DNA from: Felis catus
Lineage: Eukaryota
Length of the DNA stretch: 64,000 bases
NCBI RefSeq assembly: GCF_018350175.1
Contig: NC_058368.1
Span: 190,652,001 to 190,716,000 of the forward strand
Direction: 5' to 3'
Below the pieces are notes generated by a model. That model saw nothing but the letters and a program-made list of their open reading frames with translations. It ran no database searches and was not told the DNA's origin. A program made the position numbers and the translations under genes. Position 1 is the first letter of the stretch, and each line of letters opens with the position of its first letter. Positions 38,797-52,837 of this stretch are shown here, one piece after another.

Positions 38797-39013
38797 GGGG
38801 CCCCTGGGTGGCTCAGTTGGGTTAAGTGTCTGACTTCAGCTTAGGTCACAATCTCACAGTTCCTGAGTTTGAGCCCCATGTAGGGCTCTGTGCTGACAGC
38901 TCAGAGCTTGGAGTCTACTGCAGATTCTGTGTCTCCCTCTCTCTCTGCCCCTCCCCCACTCACATTCTGTCTCTCTCTCTCTCAAAAATAAACACTAAAA
39001 AAAAAAAAAAAAA
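38797..39013 (+). mobile_element. Felid Can-SINE
   Basis: ggggcccctgggtggctcagttgg...(CT)n caaaaataaacact plus poly-A. Confidence 0.93.
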
Positions 39014-39540
39014 GAATTGGGGACTTCTTTCTTTTAATCTTTCTAGCACTTGGAGATAGATAATATTATTGTCCTTATTTTATAGACGAGAAAACCAAAG
39101 CATGTAGAGCAGAAATATCTTGTCCAAAGCCATGTGGCTAGGATAGCAGAATTGGTATTGGAGGATCCACACCAGATTCCAAGCCTGTGCCCATAGCCAT
39201 CAAGCTTTAGTGCCCCAGTCAATCCAGGAGGAAAAACAACATGGCAGCACACATACAGAACTGTTTTCTGACTCATCTGCTACTGATGGACTTGGGTAGA
39301 AGGCTGCATTATTTGCAATTCATCTACTTACTCTTCATGTGTACTAGGCACAAAAATTTCCTGGGTCTTGTCCTAAGTGTTGGGAGTTGAGATAAATGTG
39401 ACATGGGATCTGGGAAAGTTCAGTCACATGAAGGAACAGACATGTTTGCTTGCACAGAAGTAACCACATTTGCAAGGGGAAGGTGTCACAGAAAAAAACA
39501 CCTTTTGAGCTGCACTCTGAAACATACTGTTTTAATCAGG

Positions 39541-40018
39541 TGTGGAAACACAGAAATGACGGTCATGAAGGAAGAGTTTTAGCCACAGAGCCCTAGAAAC
39601 TCGAGGCATGCGATGCAGGAGGGCCACGTGGGTTAGCATCAGGGTCACTCTGGGGGCAAGAGCCTTTAGTGTGGTTTCCATGGGAAGGAATGGTGTAGGT
39701 GGGGTAGGCTTAGCTAGCTTGAATAACTAGTAGGCTCTGGGGTATAGGCACTGTCCCTAGCTGTTGGGTACCTGGCCCTAGGGTGATATGGCAGGGAAAT
39801 AATGCTCTAGAGTGTGAAAGCCTCTACAAAGAAGGTGTGGGGGGGGTGGGTAGTGTGGACTCTGGATTGGTTGGTTTGCCCATGATAGGTGTGCCTGCAG
39901 GCAGGTGAATTGTGTGCTATCCTTAAGAATTATCTAATCCCTGGTGGGGTGGTCCCTCCCAGCAAGGCCCCTTGATGTTGAAGCATCAGAATACAGAGAA
40001 AGACAGGGTTAACATACA
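39541..40018 (-). mobile_element. ERVL-class solo LTR (MER54/MER74/LTR53-like)
   Basis: TG...CA termini; ggggcaagagcctttagtgtggtttccatgggaagg and ctggattggttggtttgc motifs. Family assignment is tentative. Confidence 0.6.
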
Positions 40019-41664
40019 TGCATAAGGATGGGATGAGGCCCTATGGGGAAGGCCATACCATATACAGAGCCACCGAGGCATAAAGGAGCAAGGCAGTTTG
40101 GGAAATGATAGAGTGTGATGTAGCTGGAGAACAATCCGCATGAGGTTGGGGGAAGATGGAATTGGAGTTAAAATACCTCAGTGAGGAAATCAGATTTGAT
40201 CTCTAAGCAATGAGGCACCATTAAAGCTACACAACCAGATGTACTGGTTAAGAGACCAAGGGCATATCCCAGAGATATCCCACATCTAGTGGCCATTGAA
40301 AACCAGCCCAGCTTTTCCTAGCATTGCTTCCAGCGGGACTCCTTTGAACTATCTATTTGCTGTCAACCTAAAGCCCAGGTAAAATGCTTTAGATGTTTTC
40401 CTTTTTAAAATATTCAGTGTATTAATTTCACACATGAAGAGAAACCATATCAAATCTCACTACATAATTAGCCAAACCACAACTACATTTTCAGAAACAA
40501 AGATGACTCATGTCATTTCCTAATTAAACCTTGAAAGGTTTAATTAAAAAGCATAATTTGGAGAAAACTAGTTTGGGAGGAATTGGGGCTTAGCATCGTG
40601 AATGTGTACACACAGAGCTTCCCTGTTCAACCTCCAGTGAGGGTGGAAGAGACAGCCACATGCACAACATCAGGACCAACCCTTTGCAGAGCAATGGGCT
40701 GTGCCTTCCTCATGCATGACACACTGTCTGAGAGACAACAAGGGAACCAGTTCATGTTAAGGAGTAGCTGGAAACAAAACATTCTACTACTTCAGTTGAC
40801 CAGATGCCCCCTGGCAGACGGGCAACGGAGCAAAATAAAGAGAGTGGTGGAACCTGTGTGGAGTGCTTACTCTATGTCCAACGCCATGCTGGCCACTTTG
40901 TGTTAATACCACAGCAATTGCTCACGAGTCTGTGGAAAGGGGCCATTATTCCCATTTTTCAAACATGGAAACCGAGGCACAGAGGAGCGAGGCAGAGCTA
41001 AGACAGCTTGTCTGACCTTGGGGCCCTCTCTCCAAGTTGCCTCTGGAGATGGGTGAAAAGCCAATGAGCCCTGGAACAGAACATGTGCACTGGAACCCTA
41101 GCTGTGGGATTTCAAGCCTCAGTTGCTCATCCATGAAAAGCGGGTTAATAAGACCTGGGAAGGTAGGTGTGAGGTTTGAATAAAACAATGCACGTGAGCT
41201 TGACATGGGAAGGCACACTATAGACAGCAGTTGGATCTATGGATACCTACACCAGTACTTCCAGCATCAACATCCAATCTGGTTAGTGGGTCCCTGCAGA
41301 ATTTTATGACAGAGTATTTAGGAGCACTATGGGGGACAGTAGCTCAGAGGCCAGTCAGCACTGAAGGGAATTAAAATACTGAGACTGTGCTGAAAATGTT
41401 TCCAGTTAAAAGAAAAGGACAGTATATCGCAGAAAGTATATTTAGAACCAACATTGTTTTCTTCTAAACAACGTCAGTGTCCTACTTAAATCCATGCAAA
41501 GCTTCCTAAATGCACTTAAGAATTAGTTTTAAAATCCTCACCTTGGCTATCTGTAAGGCCCTGTAGGATTTGGCTCACCTACCTCATCTTGTACCACTCT
41601 TTCTCTGCTAAGGATATCTTGGCACAGTGGCCACCCTTCTGTTTCTCAGACAAGTACTCAATCT

Positions 41665-41890
41665 TTGCCAGGCACTGTGCTCAACTCCGATATGCGGATT
41701 AGCTCATTTAATCCTCAAAACAGCCTTATGAGGTGGGTACTAGTGTTATCTGTGCTTTACAGTCGTGGAAAGTGAGGCCCTGACAGGTTAACTAACTGGC
41801 CTAAGACAACATAGTTAATGGGTGAAGTGGTAATTCAAACCGTGGCACTTCTGCACCATGGTACAAACACTCAAACTTTCCACTCTACCA
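41665..41890 (-). mobile_element. MIR relic
   Basis: tgccaggcactgtgct...ctcatttaatcctcaaaacagccttatgaggtgggtact...ggaaagtgaggc. Confidence 0.78.
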
Positions 41891-43006
41891 CATTCCCAAA
41901 GTTTGACCTTGCTTGGCTCTCCTCACCACTCCAAGGAAACGTTTGTCGAATGAGGCCAGATTGATGGCGACATGGGAACATGGATTAGTCACTGAGGACT
42001 GGGAGAAGCCAGCATGATGAGCAAGCCAAGTCTGGACCACAAAAGAGACAATTTGTAAATCCTAAATGTGCTAGCATGATGGGCCTACCTCTCTCTTCAG
42101 TTGTCCCCTTGCATAATCCTCATTGAGTGTGAAGTTCGACTCGATCAGCCAGATTGCCCTTTGCAGATGAGCGTCTACAAGCGTTAAAGGCTAATCCCCT
42201 GTCCTTTCCATTTAGCCTAGAGTCAGTCAATTTATAATAATTCCATTGAACTTAATCTTCATTATTCATCTTATCTATTCCCTGCCTTCCCTTTCCATTA
42301 TTGCTTCTTAATTAATTTTCAGTCCAAGACAAATGACAGGCAATACGATGACTGACCAGACATGTTAGAACGAATGTAACATACTTCCATGGCACTTCAC
42401 TACCATGAAGGCTGAGTGGCTGTGTACCAAATGTCAACTGTCACAGCTCAGTGAGCCCTTTCCCAGGCCTGTCAACAGTGAACTATAAGAAATACAAGCT
42501 CTTCTTCTCCAGTGAGCAGAATGGCATAGATGTTCAGCCCCAAGTATTCACAGATATATATATAGTTCTCACAAGCCTGACACAAATGATCTGAGATGAA
42601 TTTAGACAAGTGATGAAAAAAATGACATTGAAAGGATGCACATTCTTCATCAAAGATTTGTTTTTTGAATGGCTTGTTTTGAAAAAAAAAAAACACTGTG
42701 CTTCAAGCAAACATCTAGATGTATGTGTGTATATACACACACATATACACACACAGTAAGTATACACAGACATGTATAGACATATGTCTACATGTCTGTA
42801 TAAGTATATATTAGACACTATATAAGTGTGTATATATATATATATATATCTCCATATATCTAAGTATATATAGACTATAGGTCTATATATGTCTATGTAT
42901 ACTTACTGACTAGATCATCTATGTGATATGATATAATCAAATAGGTATAAAAATCCCTTGAAGTCTCACTAAATTAATACATACATTAATTATTCTATTC
43001 TATTCT

Positions 43007-43678
43007 CAGTATTCACTGTAGTTATGTTCTAAAAAGTCACTATGAACACTCAAATAGCAAATACTGAACTGTTACTCTTAGGGGAAATAAGGTTATGTTC
43101 CCGCAAGCCTCTGGTCATAACATTTTTGTCAAGTGATCAATAACCCTGTTTTATGTTTAAAGACATTTAATATGCATACTGTTGATTCATTAGCAGTGAT
43201 CTCATGAGGAGCACTATAACTCATGTCTGATGAGGCTTCCTAACACACGTATTTTCTCCATAAGGCAAAGCACAGCCTTCTTCTGCTTAGGAATACCAGA
43301 CAGCAGTTCAACATTTGCCTGGGCACCATTTTAAATGACACAAAAAAAGTATCAGTAACTAAACCACAAAAAGGATACTCGTTTATAGCATAAGAGCTGA
43401 AACAATAAGGCAGAGTTGTTCTGTTAAATCTCGACTGGGAATAGCACCTTGAATGACTCAAATTTGTCACCATTCTGCCCATGTCCATGAATGACCATAA
43501 AAACAATAGCAAGTATTGATTTTGGGGTTACATTTTTTTTTATTTATTTGTATTTATTTTTTGGTATGTATTTGGGGATATGTATTTTTGATGTATTTCA
43601 CTTTGGGGAGTTTCAGGAAGTCATTTCAGTGAATAGGTGAATTAACAATTATGGGATCTGCGAATAATAAAAATTATG
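43007..43678 (-). mobile_element. Tigger4/Zombi-type (TcMar) DNA transposon relic with an internal insertion
   Basis: aagtattgattttggggttaca...gaataggtgaatt...ggatctgcgaataat matches the reverse of the Tigger4 terminus as I recall it. Confidence 0.75.
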
Positions 43679-46429
43679 AATATTAATCTCTTGCTTTTGG
43701 CTTGAGATGCCCTTCATGTGTGTTGGAAGGAATTGTAATTGGAACATTTATTTGACATGATTCTGGACCTACACCCTCTTCTCCTATGAATGGCACAATT
43801 ATTAGCTCCTTGAATTGATGTGGGATCAGTGCAAAGATCAGCATCAATCAGTATGTGATGCACATCCTCCTGCTTAGTTAAGAAAATACTAGAAATTGGT
43901 TAAGGTAGCCAAGTGGTGGTGGACATTTGAGGGAGTCTCTCCTAGCTCACAATGATCTCTTTTAACTGCCTGATAACCCTTAACTGAAACTAAACCTATA
44001 TTTATATATTAATTCAGGCAACATTTAGTGAGTACTGTGTCGGAGGCAACGTTTAGGTGATGGGGATATACTGGTAAACTAGGTGCTCATGAAGCTTACC
44101 TCCCAAGTCTGGGGGTAATAAACTAACCAGTTCGTTTCCCATTATTTTAAGTGCTATGAAAGAAATAATGAGAGGATAGAGAACAATAGGAAAACAAAGC
44201 TATTCTGGAAAAAAAAAATGTTGGGGAATGCCTATCTGAAAGAGCCCAGGAAAGGGCATGCCAACCTAAGGAAAGAGCATATGTAAAAGCAAGGAAGGGA
44301 ACAAGGGCTTAGTGCCCATCATCAAGACATGGGCTCATTATGCCATGTGGGAGATCAGAGCCCAGACCCTGGGTCCAGTGTTTCCTAAGAAATTGGATGC
44401 TGGTTTTTGGAGCCTGTGAGAAACTCAGTAAGCTTATAATATTTTTCTCCCATAACCTCAGTCTGTCTAGTTTCTAATAATTGCATCTGATGCTTTCTTA
44501 CCTAGTAGGAAAGTTGATTGGAATAGGTAAGTGGGAACATTACCTCAGCTGGAAAAAGTAAACTTTAATTTATCAATATGAATTGATAAAATAATGACTA
44601 TTTTATCTGATTCCCATAGCATGCCTGCATACCAACAGCTCATCTTAAATGTTTCTTAAAGATCTGCCAACCCCTGTAGTGTTACCCTCTTTTGCAATAA
44701 CTGGCCAGACTATTAGGCTATCACACCTCTGCAGAGATACGTATTTTTGATGTATTTCACTTTGGGGAGTTTTGGGAAGTCATTAAAATATAAAACCTGA
44801 TAAAAAAAAGTGCATATACTGGATTAAAGCTAAAATAGTAGCTCCCAGGGATCTCTCACTAAGCAAAATCAGGTCAGGGCCTGGGGACAACCTTTCCCTG
44901 AAGTCACAGCAAGAAGTAAAGTTCAGCAATTACCACTCCTAACAGAGAGGGTCATCCTCTGGCAAAATACAGAGGATTAAAAAGCACTTATGTTGATGCT
45001 GATGGCTGCCAGAGCTGCTTGCTTCAAAATTTATTCCCCCCCCTCCCAGCTTCATTTTCCCTCTTATCTCTGACTGCTCTGTGAGGGAGATATCGAAAGA
45101 TACATTTGCAGGAACTTAATGTTAACTTGGCAGGAAGCCATCTGTATTGCCTTAGCAGTGTTTACTAAAGTAGGACATTCTAGAACTCCATGTCTATGGG
45201 ACAAACTCTGTAAAGCCTCTTAGAATCTGGCTCAAAGTTTGGAAAGTGAAGGTACTTTTGTAAGTGCTTGGTGTAACCAAGTGATATCGCCCCCAGGCTA
45301 AAAAAAAAATGTTTCTCTCAGAGAGGCAATACTTGGGCTTGTTTTTCCAAGGGTGTTAGAACTGGGAACAGCATTCACTCATTCACTGAGTATTTACTGA
45401 GCATTTGATCTCTGTCACAACTTGGTCTATATAGAAATGTGCACATCTTCTTGGGTGGGGGGGGGGAGGGTAAGCTTCCTGGCTTTTTCTACCAATACTC
45501 AAGAAGCCAGCCATAGAAGGCCAGAGAGAAGAATCTCCATATCCCAGGCACTTCCTGTTCATCATGCCCAGATTAGTTCCTGTAATTCCTTATGGAGAAG
45601 ACTGACAAGGAGAAGCGAGATATTGAAGCAAGCACACTTTCCCCAGATGCCATAGCTGCAATGCGACTGGAAGGCTTTAAAGGGAAAAACCTGAATCCTT
45701 TCTCTGTGCCTCTCACTCTTCTGTCTAAAGTCCCTAATGGTTGGCAGGCTGTGAAGGTGGAGTTTAGAGATGTAGTCTGCTTTTCATGCTGACTCCCTTC
45801 TTGACTCCCTAGAGTAGGGGGGAAATAATAAAAGTGATAGGAAGTTTCAGTTGCTCCAGACTTTGCACATAACATAGATCACCAAAAGAATGGATTTCTA
45901 CTCTTTCTAAACCCTAAGTTTCTTTTCTCACTGTGTTGCTGATCAGTAAAAAAAAAGGGGAGAAAAAATAGGTGTGCAAGAACATAATCCATTGTTTATA
46001 CAAGTTGTGAATCAAGTGAAGACAAGCCCAGTTCCCCCAAAAGCTTTCAAATATACAGGATCATTTTAATCCTTATCATACTACTCTGAATTCTTTCCCC
46101 CATGAGCTTAGTCTTCTCAATTTCTGTCTTCAGAACAAATCCCTTCCCATTCTGCCTCTTTCCAGACTTTCTCCCGAAGTAGAGATGGTGAGCCTTCAAG
46201 TTACTCTTTTTCTAATTGTTATGTACTTACCCATGCATGTAGATTCTTTCACTACAATACTGTTTGCAGGGAGAGGAGGTACATTACCATGTGCCTGACA
46301 GAGTGGGGAAGTAGGAATAACCCAACCTTACTGAAACCCCTGCTCTTTTTGATCAAATATCAAAGTATATTTGTGGCTAGTTCACTTCTGTGTTACAATG
46401 GAAATACTCTGCAATTTCAAACTCTTCCA

Positions 46430-46430
46430 G

Positions 46431-46466
<36 letters not shown>
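46430..46466. repeat. (TTG)n microsatellite
   Basis: Seen directly; source of the poly-Val/poly-Asn ORFs. Confidence 0.95.
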
Positions 46467-46999
46467 TGGTCACCAAGTGGTCTTGGTGATCTCTGCATAT
46501 TGACCTGAAAATTTAGAGACACTCTGTATTGTATACCTACTAATCCACTCTGATGACTTTGCCATCTGCTCAATTCTGCCCATACAAAAACAAGAAATGT
46601 GTTTGAAAACCAGTGCTCTATCCTGCAAATTAATGCAAATTTAGCATCAGTTCCTGAATACATCTATTTATATTACATCTATTTATATTTATATATATTT
46701 GTGTGTGTGTGTGTGTGTGTGTGTGTATCCAGCTGCTGTAATCTTCAAGTAAGGCTGATGTTCTAGAAGACATGTCTTGTTTATATTCTGAAGATTATTT
46801 TACTACTTTGCACTCTGATCTGTAGGCCGAAGGAGGAGAAACCAGCTTATACCATGCTGTCTTTCACCTTGACCCAAACCAGGATAAAACAAAACATAAA
46901 ATTAGACTCTTTGAAAAGTCCTTTCAGATCACTCAGCCAGTGGTGTCAAAAGTTCATTCATGTATATTCTACCTGCCCTAATATTTCCTTATCATTATT

Positions 47000-47030
47000 A
47001 TTTTTAATTTTTTTAATGTTTATTTATTTT

Positions 47031-47073
<43 letters not shown>

Positions 47074-47260
47074 TTTTGAGAGAGAGAGAGAGAGCTTGAA
47101 CAGGGGAGGGGCAAAGAGAGAGAGGGAGACAGAATCTTAAGCAGGCTCTAGGCTCCAATCTGTCAGCACAGACCCCAATGAAGGGCTAAAACCCACAAAC
47201 TATGAGATCGTGACCTGAGCTGAAGCTGGACGCTTAACTGACTAAGTCACCCAGGTGCCT
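47000..47260 (-). mobile_element. Felid Can-SINE with (TTTA)n tail
   Basis: gagggagacagaatcttaagcaggctct...gtcacccaggtgcc. Confidence 0.92.
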
Positions 47261-47457
47261 GTCCTTTTTCTTTTTTTAATGAATTCTTTTCTTAAATTTT
47301 AAAAGGCTACTCTGTTCTACTACCATTAATGGGAAATCAATATTCCTTGTCCCAAAGAAGATAACCAAAGAATTAATACAATAAAAACACAACATTTTAT
47401 CTAGAAACTGTTACATACTAATAATTTCTGAATTTAAAGATCTTTGTTTAAAAAGTA

Positions 47458-47915
47458 TATATAAGGAAATATTACTCAGCCATAAAAAAAGAATGAGATG
47501 TTGCCATTTGTGACAATGGATGGACCTAGTGGGTGTTATACTAAGAGAAATAAGTCAGAGAAAGACAAATACTATATAATTTCACTTACATGTGGAATCT
47601 ACAAAAAAAAAAAAAAGCAGAGACCCACAAATACAGAGGACCAACTGTTGATGGCTGCCAGAGGGGTGGGGTGGGGTGGGGTGGGCAAAATGGGTGACAG
47701 GGAGTGGGAGACACAGGCTTCCAGTTAGGGAATGAGTAAATCATGGGGATGAAAGGTACGGCATAGAGAATAGAATCAATGATATTGTAATAGAATGCAT
47801 GATGACAGGTGGTAGCTATTTGTGGTGTAGCATAATGTAGAGAATTGTCAAATCCCTATGTTATACATCTGAAACTAATGTAACATTGTGTGTTAGCTAT
47901 AACTCAATTTTTTAA
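47458..47915 (+). mobile_element. L1 3' end (L1_Carn/L1MA-like) containing a (GGGGT)4GGG G-quadruplex motif at 47663-47685
   Basis: atattactcagccataaaaaaagaatgagatgttgccatttgtgacaatggatggacct...catctgaaactaatgtaacattgtgtg. Confidence 0.9.
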
Positions 47916-50418
47916 AAAGTAGAAGTAACACCAAGTTAATTCACAAAACTAGCACTAACAAGACTTCATCTTTGCCTTAATTAGGATGGTAGAGTTGAAA
48001 ATGGAATGGGCTGTTACTCTATTATTTAATATACCACCTAACATGATCTCCAGTGACACCAGTGGTATGCTTTCTACACTTTGGGAAACAGTGACAGTGC
48101 TATTCCTTCTACTAGTGTTGATGAAAATAACAGCTCAGAGAAATTAAATGAATTGCTTATCAATGGCAGAGCAAATCTTAGAATCCCTTTTAGGCCCTTA
48201 ATTAAGTGCTTTTTCAAGTACAAAATGATTCTCATTTGAGGGGAAAAAATGACATGTAAACGTTATTTGTTGGTATCCCTGTCATGATCGTTTATCATAT
48301 TGATTCAATCTACATCATTAATGGTTTTGTCCAATAATGTAGCTCAGAATTCTCATGTTAAGATCATCTATAAAAGGAAAGAAATACTTCTTTATTTTCA
48401 AAGATAAATATGAAATATTCATAAACAAGGAACAAATACTTCATATTCATTTGATTGTGTTCATTTTGGTTTTGTTGTTTTGGGTTAGCTCAAGGGCCTG
48501 TTATCTAGTATAACCAGGAAATTTTCTTTTTTAAAAGAGAAAAAAGTGGGGCATGCTGTAAGATCTGATAATGCACTAAAATGTTGAAAATTTGAGTACA
48601 TTCAAGCATTCTTTACTGAGAGTAATAATTACAATGAATAAAGAGGATGTGAGGCTAAAAAAATAATTCTATTGAAGAGGCTTGAAACCAATGTGTTCCA
48701 TGATGTGCTGGTTAGCATAGACATATACCTTTAACACCCTAGTCTTCAGACAGGACAGATGGAAAGACAAGTGAAAACAAATATTAATATTCATATAAAA
48801 ATGTCTAGCCATTGATCAAAAATGCTCTACCAACAGCCCAAAGTTTGTGTTTTATGACTACGTATATGTATTTATATATGTATCTGATAGAATAATATCT
48901 TGATATAATAATGGTAGTGCTTTTTTGGAACACATGCTACTTCCTGTCATTCTGTAACTCTTCTCCCTATTCAGGTAATAGGTATTGTATTCTATGCAAA
49001 CTATTTCAAGAAAGAGATGACACAGTGGTATGCAAGTAATGAGACAAATTCTTGTCTTTTGCATATCAAAAGGGCAAGGTCAGGCTATTAACAATGGGTT
49101 CTTAAAAACCAGTTGAAGAGTCAAAGAAATATATCATCAAACTTGATCAACACTCTCCCACAGGAAGGAAGAAAAGGGTAAGTCATAAGAAAAGAAGAAA
49201 GTTTAGGCAATGAGGAATTCCTGAGAATGGGCCCTAGTGCCTATTTCATGCCCCAGGAAAGTTGAAGTACAGGAAGGGGAAGACCATTGAAACCTCCAAT
49301 TAAGTTTGGAGACTCTGAGAACAGAAAGAAATGTACGCTCATCCTTTTCCCAGGAAAGGCTAGCAAAGTGTCAACAACCCAAGAAGAAATGGTTGCCTAA
49401 TGGAACCAAGAGACAGAGTGAGAGCATTTCAGTGTGCCTCTGATCAGGGCACAGGGAGGAGCAAGATTTTTTCCACCATGTAAGTGAAGTAGGAAAGTGA
49501 CACAGAGAATGGATGGAGTGCAAGTCCAATTGTCAGGATTAGAGGGAGGCCATAAGATACTGCCAGAACAAATGAGTGAGGATCAGAAGAAATAAAGGCA
49601 TCTTGGCAGATGTCAGTGTATGTGCAGAATGACAAGGACTCAACTGCCACCACCCAGAAGGCTTGTCATGATATTACTACTCTGACTAAAACAGATATAT
49701 AACCAGAGTGAGAAGGATGGAAGATAGTTACACACTGAATTAAATAATAATCTATGCTATCTAAAACAATAGCTGTTCTACATCAATGAAAAAAAAAAAG
49801 GCCATTTGATTTTTCATCCCAGATTGAATTGTACCTGCTATAGATACATATAATTTGAGATTTTACACCCAGAAGATAGATAATACATTATACCACTGCA
49901 TCCTCTATAGAAATGGGAGAAAAATAGGGTTTAAATATATCCTTCAAGTGACTTTTACTTTAGAATTTCTGACAAAATTGAATATGATTGCCCCAGCTTG
50001 GAGTATTTTAGTAAACATATTTGAACTCACCATGAATAAAAACAAGGCACTACAAAATAGCGGTGAAGGGCAAGATCTAAGTCACATCACTATTAAAGGA
50101 CTGGCTAAGACACAAAATCAAATATTAGAGTTCTTTAAAGTAAATTAATAAGGGACTATTCAATACCTGTGATCACAGAGTCATGACAAAGAAACTCATC
50201 TTCTTTGAGAGGTAGGCAATGCCTAGGCAGAATCAATGCAAGCTAGTTACACACAGCTCATTGCCAACACTCAAAACATTGAGTTCTTCCTAATTAGTAT
50301 AGGCTATAGCTCTCTGACTTTCAGGTGGGTGGGGGGGCTAACAAGATTCTTTTGATTTCTAGATCAAAACGGTAATTGCATTTAAGCTGATACAATATCC
50401 TTTTAAATCTCTGGATTT

Positions 50419-50672
50419 GTTATCAGTTGGTTTAGGTTAAGGTATGCTACAGTAACAAGAACCCAGAATTTTAATGGCTCACAAAAACGATGTGCTGGTA
50501 TCATGGCAGAAAGGAAGAGAGAAAGTGGCAAAATCAAGCAATGGCTCCTAAAGTCTATTCATACTTCATTGGTCAAAGCAAATCATGTGATTCCTGACAT
50601 GGGCAGGGCAGTGCAAATCTCCTCCAGGGAAGGACAGCAAATATTTTTTATAATAATGCAATTTACCATACA
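50419..50672 (-). mobile_element. MaLR LTR relic (MLT1I-like)
   Basis: ttaaggtatgctacagtaacaa...ttcattggtcaaagcaaatcatgtg...aatttaccataca. Confidence 0.65.
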
Positions 50673-51377
50673 TATTCTTATTTCTATTATTTTGGATTTT
50701 TTTTAGCAACTTGCCTATAAAATTATTGTAAGAAGAAGATGGCTTGATTTATAAGTTAGCACTTCAACTTGTGAAAAAAGAAGTACCTACTTTGATTGAC
50801 TATCATATTAAGGATGCTTACAACAGCATGTGATAGGTCGAAATTTTTAATAAAAGTTTGCTGAATCGTTACTATGCATGGATTATTATAAAGATCTTCA
50901 AGAAAGAAGTAAAATGTCACTTATTTTCTTCCAATCATCTCAAACTTTCACATCAGAGTTGGTTCTTTGGGTTATGTTAACAGAGAGAAAGTAGCTGGTG
51001 TGATTTTGAGGCTAGTACTTCAGAATTTTTTTAACCTAGGTAAGCTACCACCGGGTGAATGGTCATACCTGAAGGGTAACTATATAGGCATCCTAGAGGC
51101 ATTGTTAGCTGTGTTAAAAAAATAATAATAAAATGTGGGGAAATGTGCAGCTAGCTTCCAGGGTATTTGCATGATGTTATGCAATTTAGACCAACATTTA
51201 TAGCAATATAAACTTGAAGATACTGTTCTTTATTTTGTCAATCATTGTTTAATTGATAGCTGCTTTACTAACAGACTTGAGTAACCTACTTTCCTATTAT
51301 AAATATTTGGTGATTTCAAGAAATGTTTACAGTTTTTATATTTGAACTGTATGTTTAAAGGAAAGAAAGATCTTTAG

Positions 51378-52183
51378 GTAGACAATAGACATTTGTTGTT
51401 TCTGTGTGCCTCCTTTCATCTGGTTACAGTGACCAAAATTTGAGTATCCATCTCTTACATATATTCAGACAATAAGATTTGGATGGCTATACCTTTACCT
51501 CCAACCCAGAAAAAGCCACATGACCCATACCTAGCCAATCTGAGTATTATATACTCTTGGCTACTTATTATTGGTTCAGGAATAAGCATGTGGTCCAGGT
51601 TAGGCTGCTAGGGTTTAATTCCAGGATTTTTATTAGAACTGTTGAGAAAAGATTATTTCTTTCTTCTTCCGGAGTGAATGAAAGGGTGGCATCTTGACAG
51701 AACCACAGGAAAGCTTTCCTGAGAATGGAACTTACACAAAGGAAAAACAGCTCAAAAATGGAAAGAGTAAACTGGAGTGTTGGTTATAACATTTGGGTGC
51801 CTGGATCCAAAAATACTTCTGAAGCATATTATTCTCTGGAATTTTCAGTTATGTGAGCCAATCATTACTACCCCTTACACCGCACCATCCTTTTATTTTT
51901 ATTTTTTAGAAGAGAAATTGAATTTCAAAGTTTATTTTTGTGAGAGAGACTGAGTACCAGTGACAGAGGGACAGAGAGAGAGGGAGAAGAGAGGATTCAA
52001 AGCAGGCTCTGAACTGACAGCAGAGAACCCCATGCATGGCTCAAACTCACAAACCATAAGATAATGACCTGAGCCAAAGTTGGATGCTTAACTAATTGAG
52101 TCATCCAGGCACCCACTATCCTTTCAAAAGTCTGTTTGAGTTAAGTGTTCTTCCACTTGTGACTAAAGTTCTTACCAATATAC
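51378..52183 (+). mobile_element. MaLR LTR relic (MLT1J/K-like) interrupted by a SINE
   Basis: cacatgaccca..tagccaatc...attggttcagg...ttttcagttatgtgagccaat...tttgagtt..gtgttct..cacttg. Confidence 0.65.
51892..52114 (-). mobile_element. Can-SINE
   Basis: aagcaggctctgaactgacagcagagaacccc...gagtcatccaggcaccc. Confidence 0.9.
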
Positions 52184-52837
52184 TTGTCCTTCTGGTAGAT
52201 ATAGCCATTCCCCTCTCTGTATATGATAATGTTTCAAGAAGGGATGGTGATTCAGAATCACAGGGTACCATATCATTCTGTGTAGATCATAAAAGCAGTA
52301 CAAAGCCATAGTGTTTAGAGACCTTGCTTTCTGTGAAGCATTTATGGTGGAAGAATAAAATCCATACTAGTATGGATACTGTCTCATCTTTACCTAATTA
52401 TTTTATATTCATTTAATCCTGTGCTTTATAGTACCAAGAATTCCCTATTTCTGTATCCTCAAGATCCAATGCTGTACCTGGAACAAATTAGGTATGTAAT
52501 AAATGGTTGAAGAAAGGAATGAATTAATATTCCATATTAAAATTGATGCCTACCATACTAAAAAATGCCATCAAAGTTGTAGCATAAGCCGTTGGTTATT
52601 AAATGTATATTAAGTAGTAATCCTATTTACAAAACTCTCCAAATGCCTGCTGTTGAATGACTTGGATAAATATGTGGAAGGTAGGAAATTCCAGGAAGAA
52701 GAGATAGCTTGAATAAAGTAAAACAAAGAAGTCTGGGTAAACTTAGAGACATATATTTCCTGTTCCAGAATCACCCACTGTAAATTTTAAAGCAGTTTTT
52801 TTCCTTTTTAAAAATTATTTAAAAGTATCTTTTCCAC

